This document shows positions 43,397 through 53,774 of a stretch of DNA of 56,644 nt, one piece after another. Source of the stretch: Eubacteriales bacterium (GTDB taxonomy: Bacteria; Bacillota; Clostridia; Oscillospirales; CAG-382); contig JAZNIM010000087.1 of NCBI GenBank assembly GCA_045577475.1, forward strand, positions 1-56,644, in the 5' to 3' direction. The notes under the pieces are model-generated. The model saw nothing but the letters and a program-made list of their open reading frames with translations, did no database searches and was not told the origin of the DNA. Numbering within the stretch: the stretch's first letter is position 1; every line of letters begins with the position of its first letter. A program made the position numbers and the translations under genes.

Positions 43397-43540
43397 TTTC
43401 TTTACCTCTCTTATATAATTAAATTTTTAACAAACTAAATTTGCAAAGTGATTATAACATATACTTTCCCTTAACGCAAGAGAAAATATTCAAAAATCAA
43501 GCACAAATCCAATAAATTTACAATATTTTAAACTATATCT

Positions 43541-44332
43541 TTATTTTTTCAGCTTAATACTGATTTCTCCGCCGCAAAGCTTCTTTGTAAAGCCGTCCTG
43601 AGTGCGTACAAGCAGTGCTCCGTCGGGGCATATATCAAGAGCTGCCGCCCTTACGGGTGCTTCGTCAGCGGTAAGAATACTTATTTCCTTTCCGATAACC
43701 ACCGAGCGTCTTTTATACATGGAAATAACATCGTCCTCTGAAAAAATGCTGTCATAAAGCAGCTTTTCCGCCTCTTCGCAGATATATGCACACAAGGTCA
43801 CGGGGTCATATCTTTTCTTTGTCATATCATACAGAGATGTAACCGTTCTTCTCAATTCCGTCGGAAGCTTAGAACTATCAAGCTTAAAGTTTATTCCAAA
43901 GCCTGCCACTACACATTCCTCGCCGTTTTTATCCGTAAAATGCTCGCAGAGTATTCCGCACAGCTTTTTGCCGCCGAAGAATATGTCGTTAACCCATTTT
44001 ATTCCAACTCCTGCTTTTTCGCCGGTTCCGCACAGCCTGTCAATTGCCATACATACCGCAAGGCACGCCTTTACCGTAAACAGCTTATCCTCAATCGCCT
44101 GTTTGTTTTTCACAACAATGCTCATGTACAGTCCGCCGTTTTCGGGAGAATAAAAGCTCTTTCCCTGACGTCCTCTGCCCGACAACTGCTCTCTTGCAAC
44201 AATCACATGTCCGTCGCTCAGAAGATGTGCGATTTTCTTTGCATGGCTGTTGGTGGAATCAAGGCTGGAAAAAAATCCGGCATTTTTTCCCACAGTATGC
44301 GTGCACATTTCAGATAAAGGCTTTGTATTCAT
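43541..44332 (-). CDS. birA: biotin--[acetyl-CoA-carboxylase] ligase (no N-terminal HTH)
   Basis: The GRGRQGKSFYSPENGGLYMS and KWVNDIF motifs are present. GGAGGTGA SD precedes MNTKPL. Confidence 0.8.
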   Translation of the reverse strand: MNTKPLSEMCTHTVGKNAGFFSSLDSTNSHAKKIAHLLSDGHVIVAREQLSGRGRQGKSFYSPENGGLYMSIVVKNKQAIEDKLFTVKACLAVCMAIDRLCGTGEKAGVGIKWVNDIFFGGKKLCGILCEHFTDKNGEECVVAGFGINFKLDSSKLPTELRRTVTSLYDMTKKRYDPVTLCAYICEEAEKLLYDSIFSEDDVISMYKRRSVVIGKEISILTADEAPVRAAALDICPDGALLVRTQDGFTKKLCGGEISIKLKK

Positions 44333-44476
44333 GTCAATCACCTCCGCAGAAGCACCAATACACAAAATTTACCAAATGCATTGTACTACAAATTTATTAA
44401 TATGTCAAGTTTTTTGTCGTATTTTCATGCATTTATCGGCATTATGCCGTTTTTTTGAAGAATAATAAAAAAACAC

Positions 44477-44505
44477 TTGCTAAAAATGTTATTGTGTGGT
44501 ACACT
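44477..44505 (+). promoter_or_regulatory. sigma-A promoter for asnA
   Basis: TTGCTA-17 nt-TACACT with TG one nt upstream of the -10. Confidence 0.55.
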
Positions 44506-44540
44506 TTATAAGGAATTTTATTTAAGTAAGGAGCATCTTT

Positions 44541-45539
44541 ATGTATAAATCCGTTTTGGGTATTAAAGAAACGCAGGTAGCAATAAAAAGCTGCAAAGAC
44601 TACTTTGAAAGAGAACTGGCGGCGACTTTAAATCTTACACGTGTATCCGCACCTCTTTTTGTCACGCCCGAATCGGGACTCAACGATGCACTCAACGGAG
44701 TTGAAAGACCTGTTCAGTTTGACATTCTTGAAACAGGCAAGGACGTACAGATAGTTCAGTCACTTGCAAAGTGGAAAAGATTTGCTCTTGGCAAGTACGG
44801 CTTTGACCCTGGCGAAGGTTTATACACGGACATGAACGCCATCAGACGTGACGAGGAAACAGATGCCATTCACTCGCTGTATGTTGACCAGTGGGACTGG
44901 GAAAAGGTTATTGAAAAAAGCGAAAGAACCCTTGACACCCTCAAAAGAACGGTTAAGAAAATCTACCGTGTCCTCAAGAGCACCGAGCAGCACATGGCTT
45001 ACCATTTCCCTGCACTTGCCAAGGAATATGCACAAAACCTTCTTCCCGAGGAAATCATCTTCATCACAACGCAAGAGCTTGAGGATATGTATCCCGACCT
45101 TTCTTCAAAGCAGAGAGAGCATACCATCACCCGTGAAAAGGGTGCGGTTTGTCTTATGCAGATAGGCGGTGTACTCAAATCAGGCAACAAGCATGACGGC
45201 AGAAGTCCCGACTATGACGACTGGGCAATGAACTGCGATATTCTGCTTTACTATCCCGTTCTTGACATTTCCCTTGAAATTTCAAGCATGGGAATACGTG
45301 TTGACGAGGAAGCTCTTGACAGACAGCTTACAATCTCAGGCTGCAACGACAGAAGAAGCATGGACTTCCACAAGGCAATACTGGAGTGCCGTCTTCCCTA
45401 CACCATCGGCGGCGGAATCGGTCAGTCAAGACTGTGCATGTTCTATCTGAGAAAGATGCACATCGGCGAGGTTCAGGCATCCGTATGGCCTGAAAGCAAG
45501 GAAAAAGAGCTTGCAAAGGAAGGAATTATACTCCTTTAA
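44541..45539 (+). CDS. asnA: aspartate--ammonia ligase (asparagine synthetase A)
   Basis: 332 aa. [30 protein letters not shown] and [12 protein letters not shown] are class II aaRS-like AsnA signatures. Confidence 0.9.
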   Translation: MYKSVLGIKETQVAIKSCKDYFERELAATLNLTRVSAPLFVTPESGLNDALNGVERPVQFDILETGKDVQIVQSLAKWKRFALGKYGFDPGEGLYTDMNAIRRDEETDAIHSLYVDQWDWEKVIEKSERTLDTLKRTVKKIYRVLKSTEQHMAYHFPALAKEYAQNLLPEEIIFITTQELEDMYPDLSSKQREHTITREKGAVCLMQIGGVLKSGNKHDGRSPDYDDWAMNCDILLYYPVLDISLEISSMGIRVDEEALDRQLTISGCNDRRSMDFHKAILECRLPYTIGGGIGQSRLCMFYLRKMHIGEVQASVWPESKEKELAKEGIILL

Positions 45540-45571
45540 GACGAAAAAGATAAATTTTTAACAAATACGTA

Positions 45572-45600
45572 TTGAAGTACGGACATTTATAGGTTATTAT
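45572..45600 (+). promoter_or_regulatory. sigma-A promoter for fba
   Basis: TTGAAG-17 nt-TATTAT. Confidence 0.55.
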
Positions 45601-45641
45601 AATTATTGTTATTTTATTTTCAATCAACGGAGGAAAACAAA

Positions 45642-46505
45642 ATGTTAGTATCTGCAAAGGAAATGTTAACAAAAGCAAAGGAAGGACACTACGCTGTAGG
45701 TCAGTTCAACATCAACAATCTTGAATGGACAAAGGCCATCCTTCAGACAGCACAGGAGCTTAACTCTCCCGTAATCCTCGGTGTATCCGAAGGTGCAGGA
45801 AAGTATATGTGTGGCTACACAACAGTAGTTGGCATGGTAAACGGTATGATTAATGAACTCGGCATCACCGTTCCCGTAGCTCTCCACCTCGACCACGGCT
45901 CTTATGAAGGTGCTCTCAAGTGCATTGAAGCAGGCTTCTCATCCGTAATGTTCGACGGTTCTCACTATCCCATCGAAGAAAACATCGCAAAGACAACAGA
46001 GCTTGTTGGCATCTGCAACGCAAAGGGACTCTCTCTTGAAGCAGAGGTTGGTGCAATCGGCGGTGAAGAAGACGGCGTTGTAGGCGCAGGCGAATGTGCC
46101 GATCCCGCTGAATGTAAGATGATTGCAGACCTGGGCGTTACAATGCTCGCTGCAGGTATCGGTAACATCCACGGCAAGTACCCCGGAAACTGGGCAGGTC
46201 TATCTTTTGAAACTCTTGCTGCTGTTTCCGAAGCAGTTGGCGATATGCCCCTCGTTCTTCACGGCGGTACAGGTATTCCCGAAGATATGATTAAGAAGGC
46301 TATCAGCCTTGGCGTTTCCAAGATTAACGTAAATACAGAGTGCCAGCTTTCCTTCGCTGCTGCAACACGCAAGTACGTTGAAGAAGGCAAGGATCTTATC
46401 GGCAAGGGCTTTGACCCCAGAAAACTCCTCGCTCCCGGTGTTGAAGCAATCAAGGCAACCGTTAAGGAAAAAATGGAACTCTTCGGCTCCGTAAACAAAG
46501 CCTAA
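45642..46505 (+). CDS. fba: class II fructose-1,6-bisphosphate aldolase
   Basis: MLVSAKEMLTKAKEGHYAVGQFNINNLEW, LHLDHG, GNIHG and LVLHGGTG signatures. GGAGGAAAA SD. Confidence 0.9.
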   Translation: MLVSAKEMLTKAKEGHYAVGQFNINNLEWTKAILQTAQELNSPVILGVSEGAGKYMCGYTTVVGMVNGMINELGITVPVALHLDHGSYEGALKCIEAGFSSVMFDGSHYPIEENIAKTTELVGICNAKGLSLEAEVGAIGGEEDGVVGAGECADPAECKMIADLGVTMLAAGIGNIHGKYPGNWAGLSFETLAAVSEAVGDMPLVLHGGTGIPEDMIKKAISLGVSKINVNTECQLSFAAATRKYVEEGKDLIGKGFDPRKLLAPGVEAIKATVKEKMELFGSVNKA

Positions 46506-46538
46506 CTTACTTTTTCTTTGCTAAAAAGAAAAAGTAAG
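46506..46538. repeat. polypyrimidine/polypurine-arm hairpin directly after the fba stop; related to the hairpin after the tpiA stop (41239-41271) and to 46634-46662
   Basis: taaCTTACTTTTTCTTTgctaaAAAGAAAAAGTAAG versus (minus strand at tpiA) taaCTTTCTCTTtgctgaAAAGAGAAAGTTAC. Confidence 0.7.
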
Positions 46539-46663
46539 CAAAAAGAAAAGATATTAGCACCAATCAAGGTATTGAAAAATGCATCGTCTTAGATGCTCGG
46601 TTACCCGTCCGTGAGTCAAACAACGACTCACGGACTTTCTCTTTCCGAAAAAGAAAAAGTTAG

Positions 46664-46701
46664 CCAAAAAAATGGCTGTATCATCCGATTTTGATACAGC
46701 C
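46664..46701 (-). terminator. intrinsic terminator of the PHP-domain gene
   Basis: ggctgtatca-loop-tgatacagcc with a T-run on the minus strand. Confidence 0.75.
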
Positions 46702-46725
46702 ACCTTTGTGTTATAAATTGTGTTA

Positions 46726-47727
46726 TTACTTAATTTCGTCAAGGAAGTATGCGTTGGTGTAAGAGCATCTTCCGTCAGCACCTACAACAACAAGTCTGAA
46801 GTAAATGTCGTTGTCGTTGATATTGAAGGTTGCTTCTGTAAGAGTGCAGTTTTCGTCAATTCTCTTTTCACTGCGTCTGATGCCTCTTGCAATGCAGATT
46901 TCTCTTGCGTTATCTGTCTTAATGACAATTTTGCCGTCCTCAATGTATAATTCCTTAATGTCGGGACCGCATTCGCTGCAATAGAAGTTGCCGTCCAAAA
47001 GTGCTTTGGTGATGGTCTTGTATTCAAGCTTTTCGGCCTTAATCATGGTATAACCGCCGAAGGAAGAGCCAAGGTCGTGGTTGTCATCTGCTGCAATGCA
47101 GTAAATCTTCTTGCCGCCTCTGAGCATGTCGTCGTACTGAACTTCATTTCTGTCGTTGTAGCCTGCATGTACACAACCGAAGTTTACCATTTCCATGGCA
47201 TGCATACCGTTGTAGCTCATGTAGTTGTCACGGGTTTCCAAAGACCATACGGGGTGATTGTATGTAACAAAGAAGCCGCTTTCACGGAAGGTCTGCATCA
47301 TTTTTGTCATGCATTCGCCGGTGTATTCTCTTACAAAGTCAGGTTCGTTTTCGTTGAACTTTACCTGCTTTCTCCACTCAAGAGCATTGCCCCAAGCATA
47401 TTCTGTCCTGTGGAAGCAGGGCTGAATCACGGTTTCGGGGTCAAGTGCAACGGCACAGATGTGGCAGGTCTGTATTTCTTCAAAGACCTTGCTGGTGTGG
47501 TGATTTGTTTCAACCTCAAAGCCGTTGAGTGCCAGAAATGTATCATCGCAAAGCTCGGGGTGAGGAATAAATACATCGTGGTCGGTGTAGGCAACAATGC
47601 TGTAGCCCTTTGCTTTATATGCATCCTTGACTTCTTGGGGTGTCATTCTGCCGTCTGAAACGGTTGTATGGCAGTGAAGGTTGGCTTTATAAAATGTTCC
47701 TTCATTTGAAATAAGATATTTTTTCAT
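46726..47727 (-). CDS. PHP-domain metal-dependent phosphoesterase with extra C-terminal domain
   Basis: ANLHCHTTVSDG...IVAYTDHD is the N-terminal PHP His motif. 333 aa. Confidence 0.7.
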   Translation of the reverse strand: MKKYLISNEGTFYKANLHCHTTVSDGRMTPQEVKDAYKAKGYSIVAYTDHDVFIPHPELCDDTFLALNGFEVETNHHTSKVFEEIQTCHICAVALDPETVIQPCFHRTEYAWGNALEWRKQVKFNENEPDFVREYTGECMTKMMQTFRESGFFVTYNHPVWSLETRDNYMSYNGMHAMEMVNFGCVHAGYNDRNEVQYDDMLRGGKKIYCIAADDNHDLGSSFGGYTMIKAEKLEYKTITKALLDGNFYCSECGPDIKELYIEDGKIVIKTDNAREICIARGIRRSEKRIDENCTLTEATFNINDNDIYFRLVVVGADGRCSYTNAYFLDEIK

Positions 47728-47790
47728 TGGAAAGACTCCTTTTGTTTTTTTATAATTCTACTACCGAAAATCGGATTTGTCAATAATGTA

Positions 47791-47827
47791 AAACAAAAAA
47801 TAACGGCAGACTTTTACTTCTGCCGTT
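47791..47827 (-). terminator. intrinsic terminator of the CNNM/CorC-family gene
   Basis: aacggcaga-loop-tctgccgtt with a T-run on the minus strand. Confidence 0.75.
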
Positions 47828-47885
47828 TAACTTTATTATATGTATTTTGAAATTATTGTTTGTTTTGATGTATAGAATTTCGGAA

Positions 47886-49235
47886 TTAATCTTTTGACTT
47901 TTCCTTGGATTTTTCCTTGGAATTGTCCTCATCCTCATCATCGTCATTCTTATCCTTATCCTTGGAGTTTTCCTCCTCGTCATCAGATTTGGGATTAACG
48001 ATAAGATTGATTTCTGCAGCTCGTCTTCCGTCAACCTTGATAACCTCAATATCTAAGTTGTCATAGCTGAAGGAATCGCCTACCTCGGGAACTTTACCTA
48101 AGTTGTCCATAACAAATCCGTTGACTGTGGCATTTTCTTCAAGTACCTCATCGGAAAAGTCGTACAGCTCACAAAGCTCGCTAAGAGAAGCACTACAGTT
48201 GATGACGTATGTAATATCGTCAATTTGCTTGATGTTTTCGATAACCTCGTCATGCTCGTCCCATATTTCGCCTACAAGACCTTCAAGGACGTCCTCCATG
48301 GTAACAAGACCTGCCGTTCCGCCGTATTCGTCAACTACTACAGCCATGTGCGTCTTTGCTGCCTGGAACTCACGAAGAAGCTTGGAAATTTCCATGCTTC
48401 CTGCTATGCATATAACTCCGTTGACAATGTCGCTTATGTCCTTACCGCCGTCGTGAAGCATTTTGTTGAAATCCTTCTCATGCATAACGCCGATTATGTT
48501 ATCAATTGTATCCCGGTAAACAGGGAGTCTTGAAAAGCCGCTTGTTCTGTACACATCCTGAATTTCTTCAAGGCTTGCATCGCTTGAAATAGCAACAATG
48601 TCAACTCTCGGTGTGAGAACCGCAGAAACTTCAAGATCGGTAAACTCTATGGCGTTTTTGATAAGCTCGCTTTCGTGTTCATCGATGCTTCCGTCGCTCT
48701 GTGCTTCTTCAACCATTGTAAGTATCTCATCTTCAGTTACTGCATCAACAGTCTGTACCTTGAAAACTGTGCTTATAAGCTTTTTCCAAAGGGAGAAGAT
48801 GAAGGTTATGGGTGTGAGAATTACCATTACAAACTTGACAATACCGCAAGTTGCCATGGTATACTTTTCGGCAAAGTCTTTTGCAAGAGTTTTTGGCGTA
48901 ATTTCACCGAAAAGAAGTATCAAAACCGTCATAACTATTGTTGATACTGTGGGCGCAAGCTCGGCATTGCCTTCCAGCAAATTGAGAAACAAAAGACCCG
49001 AAACAGTTGTTGCGGTGATGTTTACGATGTTGTTTCCCACAAGTATCGTGGAAATAAACTTTTCGTACGTTTCATCAATATCAAGCACGGATTTTGCACG
49101 TTTATTGCCGTCCTGTGCAAGTGTTTTCATACGATTTCTGTTGAAACTCGTAAAAGCGGTTTCTGTTGCTGAGAAAAACGCAGACAACGCTACAAGAATT
49201 GCAAGTACCGCTATCTGCCACCCGGCACCGTCCAT
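47886..49235 (-). CDS. CNNM/HlyC-CorC family transporter-associated protein (DUF21 + CBS pair + CorC_HlyC) with acidic/lysine-rich tail
   Basis: N-terminal TM DUF21 pattern (FFSATETAFTS), a CBS region, a C-terminal CorC domain (FSYDNLDIEVIKVDGRR) and the low-complexity tail KSDDEEENSKDKDKNDDDEDEDNSKEKSKEKSKD. Confidence 0.85.
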   Translation of the reverse strand: MDGAGWQIAVLAILVALSAFFSATETAFTSFNRNRMKTLAQDGNKRAKSVLDIDETYEKFISTILVGNNIVNITATTVSGLLFLNLLEGNAELAPTVSTIVMTVLILLFGEITPKTLAKDFAEKYTMATCGIVKFVMVILTPITFIFSLWKKLISTVFKVQTVDAVTEDEILTMVEEAQSDGSIDEHESELIKNAIEFTDLEVSAVLTPRVDIVAISSDASLEEIQDVYRTSGFSRLPVYRDTIDNIIGVMHEKDFNKMLHDGGKDISDIVNGVICIAGSMEISKLLREFQAAKTHMAVVVDEYGGTAGLVTMEDVLEGLVGEIWDEHDEVIENIKQIDDITYVINCSASLSELCELYDFSDEVLEENATVNGFVMDNLGKVPEVGDSFSYDNLDIEVIKVDGRRAAEINLIVNPKSDDEEENSKDKDKNDDDEDEDNSKEKSKEKSKD

Positions 49236-49457
49236 TTAAAATATCACTCCTATTTTCCTATAATAAAGTTAATCTATTCTATCATGAGTAAAAGCAAAAT
49301 GCAAGTGTTGTTCACAATTTTTAAAGAATTTATCATATTATGTTAAGAAAAAGACCGATTCTTTTAGAGTTACTTTTGTGCTTGGCAGGGTTTTCGACAT
49401 AAATGCAGCTTACATAATTCAAGGACTGTACCAAACATGATACAGCCCCTTATTTTA

Positions 49458-50183
49458 CTACTTTGTGTTCTTTATAAACGATGTAATCATATCTGTCACA
49501 CCATAAGAGCAATGAGTACAGTTTTCCATAACGGAAAGAGTGATTTTTGACATATCGTAGTCAAAATTTCTAAGGTTTGAAAGTGTGAGCATCGTCTGTT
49601 CATATCTGTTTTTCATATCGTTATCCGCCACAACAAAATGCATGGGTGGATAATAATGACCCGGTCCGTCAATATAGAAAAGCGGTGCCGCTTCGTCAAC
49701 AAGGGTTCTGTTGGGATTTACTCCTCTTTCCCTTTTAAGTATGTTGAAATGTGTTGTAGGCTGTCCCGCATTGTGGAAGTAGCCTGCTATATCCTTGTTT
49801 GATACACCCACATCTGAAAGGAACTTCTCACCAAAGCACAGCATCATTGAAAGGTATCCGCCTGCACTTGAGCCGCCGACATAAATACCTTTTATCTTGC
49901 CGTATTTACCCATATTATTTTTTACCCAGGCAACACTTGCCGCAGCATCCTCAACATAGTCGGGAAACTTTGCATCAGGGTACATTCTGTATTCTACAGA
50001 CACAAGCGCAACACCTTCATCGGTAATTTGCTTTGCATTTTCTGTTTTAAAGCCTCTTGAGCCCGCTTCAAGTCCGCCGCCATGGAAATACACAAATACG
50101 TCAAATTCCTCTTTTTCGGGAAGATAAATATCAAGCATCTGCATGGGATGTGTACCGTAGCTTATATCTGCAATCTTTTTCAT
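49458..50183 (-). CDS. alpha/beta-hydrolase fold esterase/lipase (HGGG type)
   Basis: HGGG oxyanion motif (VYFHGGGL) and GxSxG nucleophile elbow (GGSSAGGY). AGGAGG SD precedes MKKIADIS. Confidence 0.75.
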   Translation of the reverse strand: MKKIADISYGTHPMQMLDIYLPEKEEFDVFVYFHGGGLEAGSRGFKTENAKQITDEGVALVSVEYRMYPDAKFPDYVEDAAASVAWVKNNMGKYGKIKGIYVGGSSAGGYLSMMLCFGEKFLSDVGVSNKDIAGYFHNAGQPTTHFNILKRERGVNPNRTLVDEAAPLFYIDGPGHYYPPMHFVVADNDMKNRYEQTMLTLSNLRNFDYDMSKITLSVMENCTHCSYGVTDMITSFIKNTK

Positions 50184-50351
50184 AATACAGCCTCCTGTAA
50201 TATATTTCACGCTCAGTATAACACGGCTTTACTTATTTGTAAATAATATAATAAAATATACTTATGTTACATTTAAAGTTAACGTATAATTTTATTGACA
50301 AATTTTTGTTTTATGGTACAATTTATATATACCCTGAAAGGAATGTTACAC

Positions 50352-52085
50352 ATGATTAAAGAAGTATATCTGATATTCAAAACACATCTTGACATAGGCT
50401 TTACAAACAACGCTTCTGTAGTTATAAAACGCTATCTTGAGGAGTTTATCCCCAACGCCATAAAAGTGGGAAACGAGCTTAAAAACACCGACACCCCATT
50501 TATCTGGACCGTCGGCTCTTGGCTTGTAAATGAAGCTTTGAAGCACGACACAGACGGCAAGGTAGAAAAGGCTATCCGTGACGGCATTATTTCATGGCAC
50601 GGTCTGCCCTTTACAGGCTACACCGAAATGATGAACGAAACGCTGTTTGAATACGGTCTTTCAATTGCCGACAAGTTAAATGCACGCTTTGGTAAAAAGA
50701 CAATTGCCTCAAAGATGACGGACGTTCCAGGCCACACCATAGGTATGGTCAAGCATTTAGCCGCCCACGGAATTGAATTTCTCCATTTAGGCGTAAATCC
50801 GGCAACACCCATTCCTCCAGTCCCCCGCCTTTTCAAATGGTTTGACGGCGAAAACACTCTTACCGTAATGTATCAGGGTGACTACGGAAAAACAGAGGAA
50901 TTCGACGACTTTGCCATTACCTTCGGATTTACGGGTGACAACTGCGGTCCGCAGAATCCCGACATTATTATAAATCAGTACAAAGAGCTGCGTGAAAAGT
51001 ACCCCGATGCCGTTATCAAGGCGGCAACCCTTGACGATATTGCTCTTAAACTGCGTGAAATCAAGGATATTCCCGTTTTCACCAAGGAAATCGGCGACAC
51101 ATGGATTCATGGCCTCGGCACAGACCCGAAAAAGGTCAGCATCTACAGAAGCCTGCTTCGTCACATTGAGGAAAACGGCATAGGCGATGCAGACCTTTCG
51201 GACAACCTCCTGCTTGTTCCCGAGCACACATGGGGTGCTGACAGAAAATGCCGCTTTAAGAACGAGGAAGGCTACACTGTTGCAGAGTTTGAAAAGCTCA
51301 GAAACGACCCTGACAGAATAAGCATCGAGGAAACATGGAAAGAGCAGAGAGCTTATCTTGACAAGGCGCAGGATGAGCTTGGTGTAAAGGTAGACTACAC
51401 GGTTGACGTACCCGACCTTTCGGCAATGACCGAGTGTGAAGTATGTGACGGCGGCATTGAAGTAAGCTGGGTGCTTTACGGTGCTGAAGATTACGAGCGT
51501 TACAAAATGACCTATATGAACCCCGCCTTACACAATGTATATTGGGCAAACGCCGACTTTATAAAATCAAATCTTCCCGAAGCAAACAACCGCGGAATTC
51601 ATATTGCAAAGCCTCAGAGCACTTACACCGACGGAAGCAAAACTGTTACCGTTTACGAATTTGACAAAGCTCTTTCGGAATATGAAGGACTTCCCGTGAT
51701 TTACGAAATATTTGAAGGAAACAAGGTTGAGCTTCGTCTTATCGGGCAGAAAGCAAACCGTCAGCCAAACGCCTTCTTTGTAAAATTCAAAGGTTTACGG
51801 GAAAATTGGCAGGTAAACAAGCTTGGCAGATGGATTGACAGCACAGATATTGCAGGAAGTCCGCTTATATGCGGCATCGACAAGGGTGTACGCAACAAGG
51901 ATGTGGAAATTACAAGTCTTGATGCACCGCTTGTTTGTCCCTTCGGCAGACGGCTTCTTGAATACGACCTTTATCCTGCATGGGAGGACATGTATTTTAA
52001 TCTTTACAACAACATATGGAACACAAATCATCCGCTGTGGTATGAGGAGGATTCGGTGTTCAGGTTTGAAATCAAAAACAGATAA
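50352..52085 (+). CDS. hypothetical glycoside-hydrolase-like protein (GH38/GH57-superfamily N-terminus, DUF5054-like)
   Basis: The N-terminus IFKTHLDIGFT...WTVGSW...WHGLPFTGYTEMM recalls the metal-binding start of the GH38-like fold. There is no signal peptide. The assignment is from memory only. Confidence 0.45.
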   Translation: MIKEVYLIFKTHLDIGFTNNASVVIKRYLEEFIPNAIKVGNELKNTDTPFIWTVGSWLVNEALKHDTDGKVEKAIRDGIISWHGLPFTGYTEMMNETLFEYGLSIADKLNARFGKKTIASKMTDVPGHTIGMVKHLAAHGIEFLHLGVNPATPIPPVPRLFKWFDGENTLTVMYQGDYGKTEEFDDFAITFGFTGDNCGPQNPDIIINQYKELREKYPDAVIKAATLDDIALKLREIKDIPVFTKEIGDTWIHGLGTDPKKVSIYRSLLRHIEENGIGDADLSDNLLLVPEHTWGADRKCRFKNEEGYTVAEFEKLRNDPDRISIEETWKEQRAYLDKAQDELGVKVDYTVDVPDLSAMTECEVCDGGIEVSWVLYGAEDYERYKMTYMNPALHNVYWANADFIKSNLPEANNRGIHIAKPQSTYTDGSKTVTVYEFDKALSEYEGLPVIYEIFEGNKVELRLIGQKANRQPNAFFVKFKGLRENWQVNKLGRWIDSTDIAGSPLICGIDKGVRNKDVEITSLDAPLVCPFGRRLLEYDLYPAWEDMYFNLYNNIWNTNHPLWYEEDSVFRFEIKNR

Positions 52086-52151
52086 GCTGATATACAAAAG
52101 AACCGCCGTATGCGGAGTGTTCTTAGGGACAGTTATTTCATATTATAAAAG

Positions 52152-52191
52152 AAGGAACAAGAATTCAAATTTTGATTCTTGTTCCTTTTTT
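52152..52191. terminator. bidirectional terminator
   Basis: aaggaacaagaat-loop-attcttgttcctt, a 13-bp perfect stem, followed by tttttt. Confidence 0.85.
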
Positions 52192-52214
52192 GTTTAAACA
52201 AATTGAACCGCTTC

Positions 52215-52946
52215 TCAAAGTATCTTACATTTTGCATTTAATTCTTTCCAGACTGTATCAAATATGGCGATATCAATATCATTTATTGATGCGAGTGTGT
52301 ATAGTGATTTTCTGTTGAATTTTTCGCTGTCACATAAAAAAACACTTTGTTTAGTATTTCCCAGCATAAGAGAACGAAGATAGTTTTCTTCTTCTGTAGG
52401 GTCAGAAATAATCCCGTTTTTATCCAGCGCATAAGATGAGAAAAACAAAATATCCGGATGAATTTCTGAAATCACTCTGTAGCTCTGAGGTCCTGATAAT
52501 ACAGCGGAGTTATTTACACTGCCACCACCGACACAATGTGTTTTAATACCATAGTTTATGGCATTGAGAGCCGTAATCATGTTGTTTGTAAAAAGAGTTA
52601 TATCTTTATGCTTTGCAATGTATGGAATTAAGAAACCGGCAGTGCTTGAACCATCTAACATGATAATCTGCCCATCACAAATGAGATGTTCGGCTTTTTT
52701 TGCAATTTTACGTTTTGCAGCGGTATTCTGTGACAGGCGATTTTGAAGCGGAGCTACCTGATTAGCATTTAATATATTAGCTCCTCCGTGTGTGCGCTTG
52801 ATAAAATACATATTTTGCAGTTTGGTTAAATCACGGCGAATACTTGATTCGGAAGTATATGTTAATTGGGAAAGTTTCTTTACCGTCATAAATCCATTTT
52901 TGTTCAGTAATTCAAGAATTTGTTCTTGTCTTTTTGAAGTGCTCAT
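52215..52946 (-). CDS. DeoR-family transcriptional regulator
   Basis: N-terminal HTH (RQEQILELLNKNGFMTVKKLSQLTYTSESSIRRDL) and a C-terminal DeoR sugar-phosphate-binding fold. AAAGGTG SD precedes the ATG at 52946. Confidence 0.85.
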   Translation of the reverse strand: MSTSKRQEQILELLNKNGFMTVKKLSQLTYTSESSIRRDLTKLQNMYFIKRTHGGANILNANQVAPLQNRLSQNTAAKRKIAKKAEHLICDGQIIMLDGSSTAGFLIPYIAKHKDITLFTNNMITALNAINYGIKTHCVGGGSVNNSAVLSGPQSYRVISEIHPDILFFSSYALDKNGIISDPTEEENYLRSLMLGNTKQSVFLCDSEKFNRKSLYTLASINDIDIAIFDTVWKELNAKCKIL

Positions 52947-52978
52947 TTTAACACCTTTTTTGCTCATTTTATAATTTT

Positions 52979-53030
52979 ATATGATTGTTTTTCTGGTTTA
53001 TCGCCAAATATTGAAAACAAACAATCATAT
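52979..53030. promoter_or_regulatory. 12-bp perfect inverted repeat (atatgattgttt ... aaacaatcatat), candidate DeoR operator
   Basis: The arms lie at 52979-52990 and 53019-53030. The right arm sits inside the spacer of the araD promoter. Confidence 0.45.
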
Positions 53031-53038
53031 TGTATAAT
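53011..53038 (+). promoter_or_regulatory. sigma-A promoter for the araD-G1PDH-GDPD operon
   Basis: TTGAAA-16 nt-TATAAT. Confidence 0.6.
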
Positions 53039-53078
53039 TATACCATAAAAAAATAATAAGTCAATATGAGGTGATATG

Positions 53079-53774
53079 ATGCTGGAAAATACAAAAGAAA
53101 GAGTGCTTAAAGCAAATCTTACTTTGAAGAATGAAAAGCTAATTACGCTAACCTGGGGAAATGTTTCGGAACTTGACAGAGAAACCGGCTATGTTGTAAT
53201 AAAGCCGTCAGGCGTGGATTATGAAAACATGAATGTCGATGATATGGTTGTAGTTGACCTTTCCGGGAAAGTGGTTGAAGGTAAATGGAATCCTTCTTCT
53301 GATACCCCCACTCATTTAGAATTATACAGAAGTTTCCCCGAAATTGGTGGAATCACCCATACCCACTCAAGATGGGCAACAATTTTTTCGCAATGCGGAA
53401 TGGATATTCCGGTGCTTGGTACAACGCATGCCGATGCTTTTTACGGGGCTGTTCCTTGCACCCGAAAGATGACTGCCGCCGAGATAACAGGGGAATATGA
53501 ACTTGAAACCGGTAAAGTTATTGCAGAACTTTTCACCAAAGAAACTATTTGCAGCATTCCCGGTGCTCTCGTATATTCTCACGGCCCTTTTACCTGGGCA
53601 AAGGATGCGAAAGATTCTGTGAAAAACGCAATTATTTTGGAAGAGGTAGCAATGATGGCATGGCATACTATTATGATGAAACCCGATATGAAATTCCAGA
53701 AAGAACTTCTTGATAAACACTATCTCAGAAAACACGGAGAAAATGCTTATTATGGACAGAAGGAGTGTAAATAA
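53079..53774 (+). CDS. araD: L-ribulose-5-phosphate 4-epimerase (class II aldolase/adducin family)
   Basis: [35 protein letters not shown] and [16 protein letters not shown] are AraD/SgbE/UlaF signatures. GAGGTGA SD. Confidence 0.85.
   Translation: MLENTKERVLKANLTLKNEKLITLTWGNVSELDRETGYVVIKPSGVDYENMNVDDMVVVDLSGKVVEGKWNPSSDTPTHLELYRSFPEIGGITHTHSRWATIFSQCGMDIPVLGTTHADAFYGAVPCTRKMTAAEITGEYELETGKVIAELFTKETICSIPGALVYSHGPFTWAKDAKDSVKNAIILEEVAMMAWHTIMMKPDMKFQKELLDKHYLRKHGENAYYGQKECK

Noticed and set aside
47886-47990. Repetitive DNA encoding the K/D/E-rich tail of the CNNM-family protein.
   Set aside because: It is a simple low-complexity acidic tail in frame with a well-supported gene, with no evidence of a separate element.
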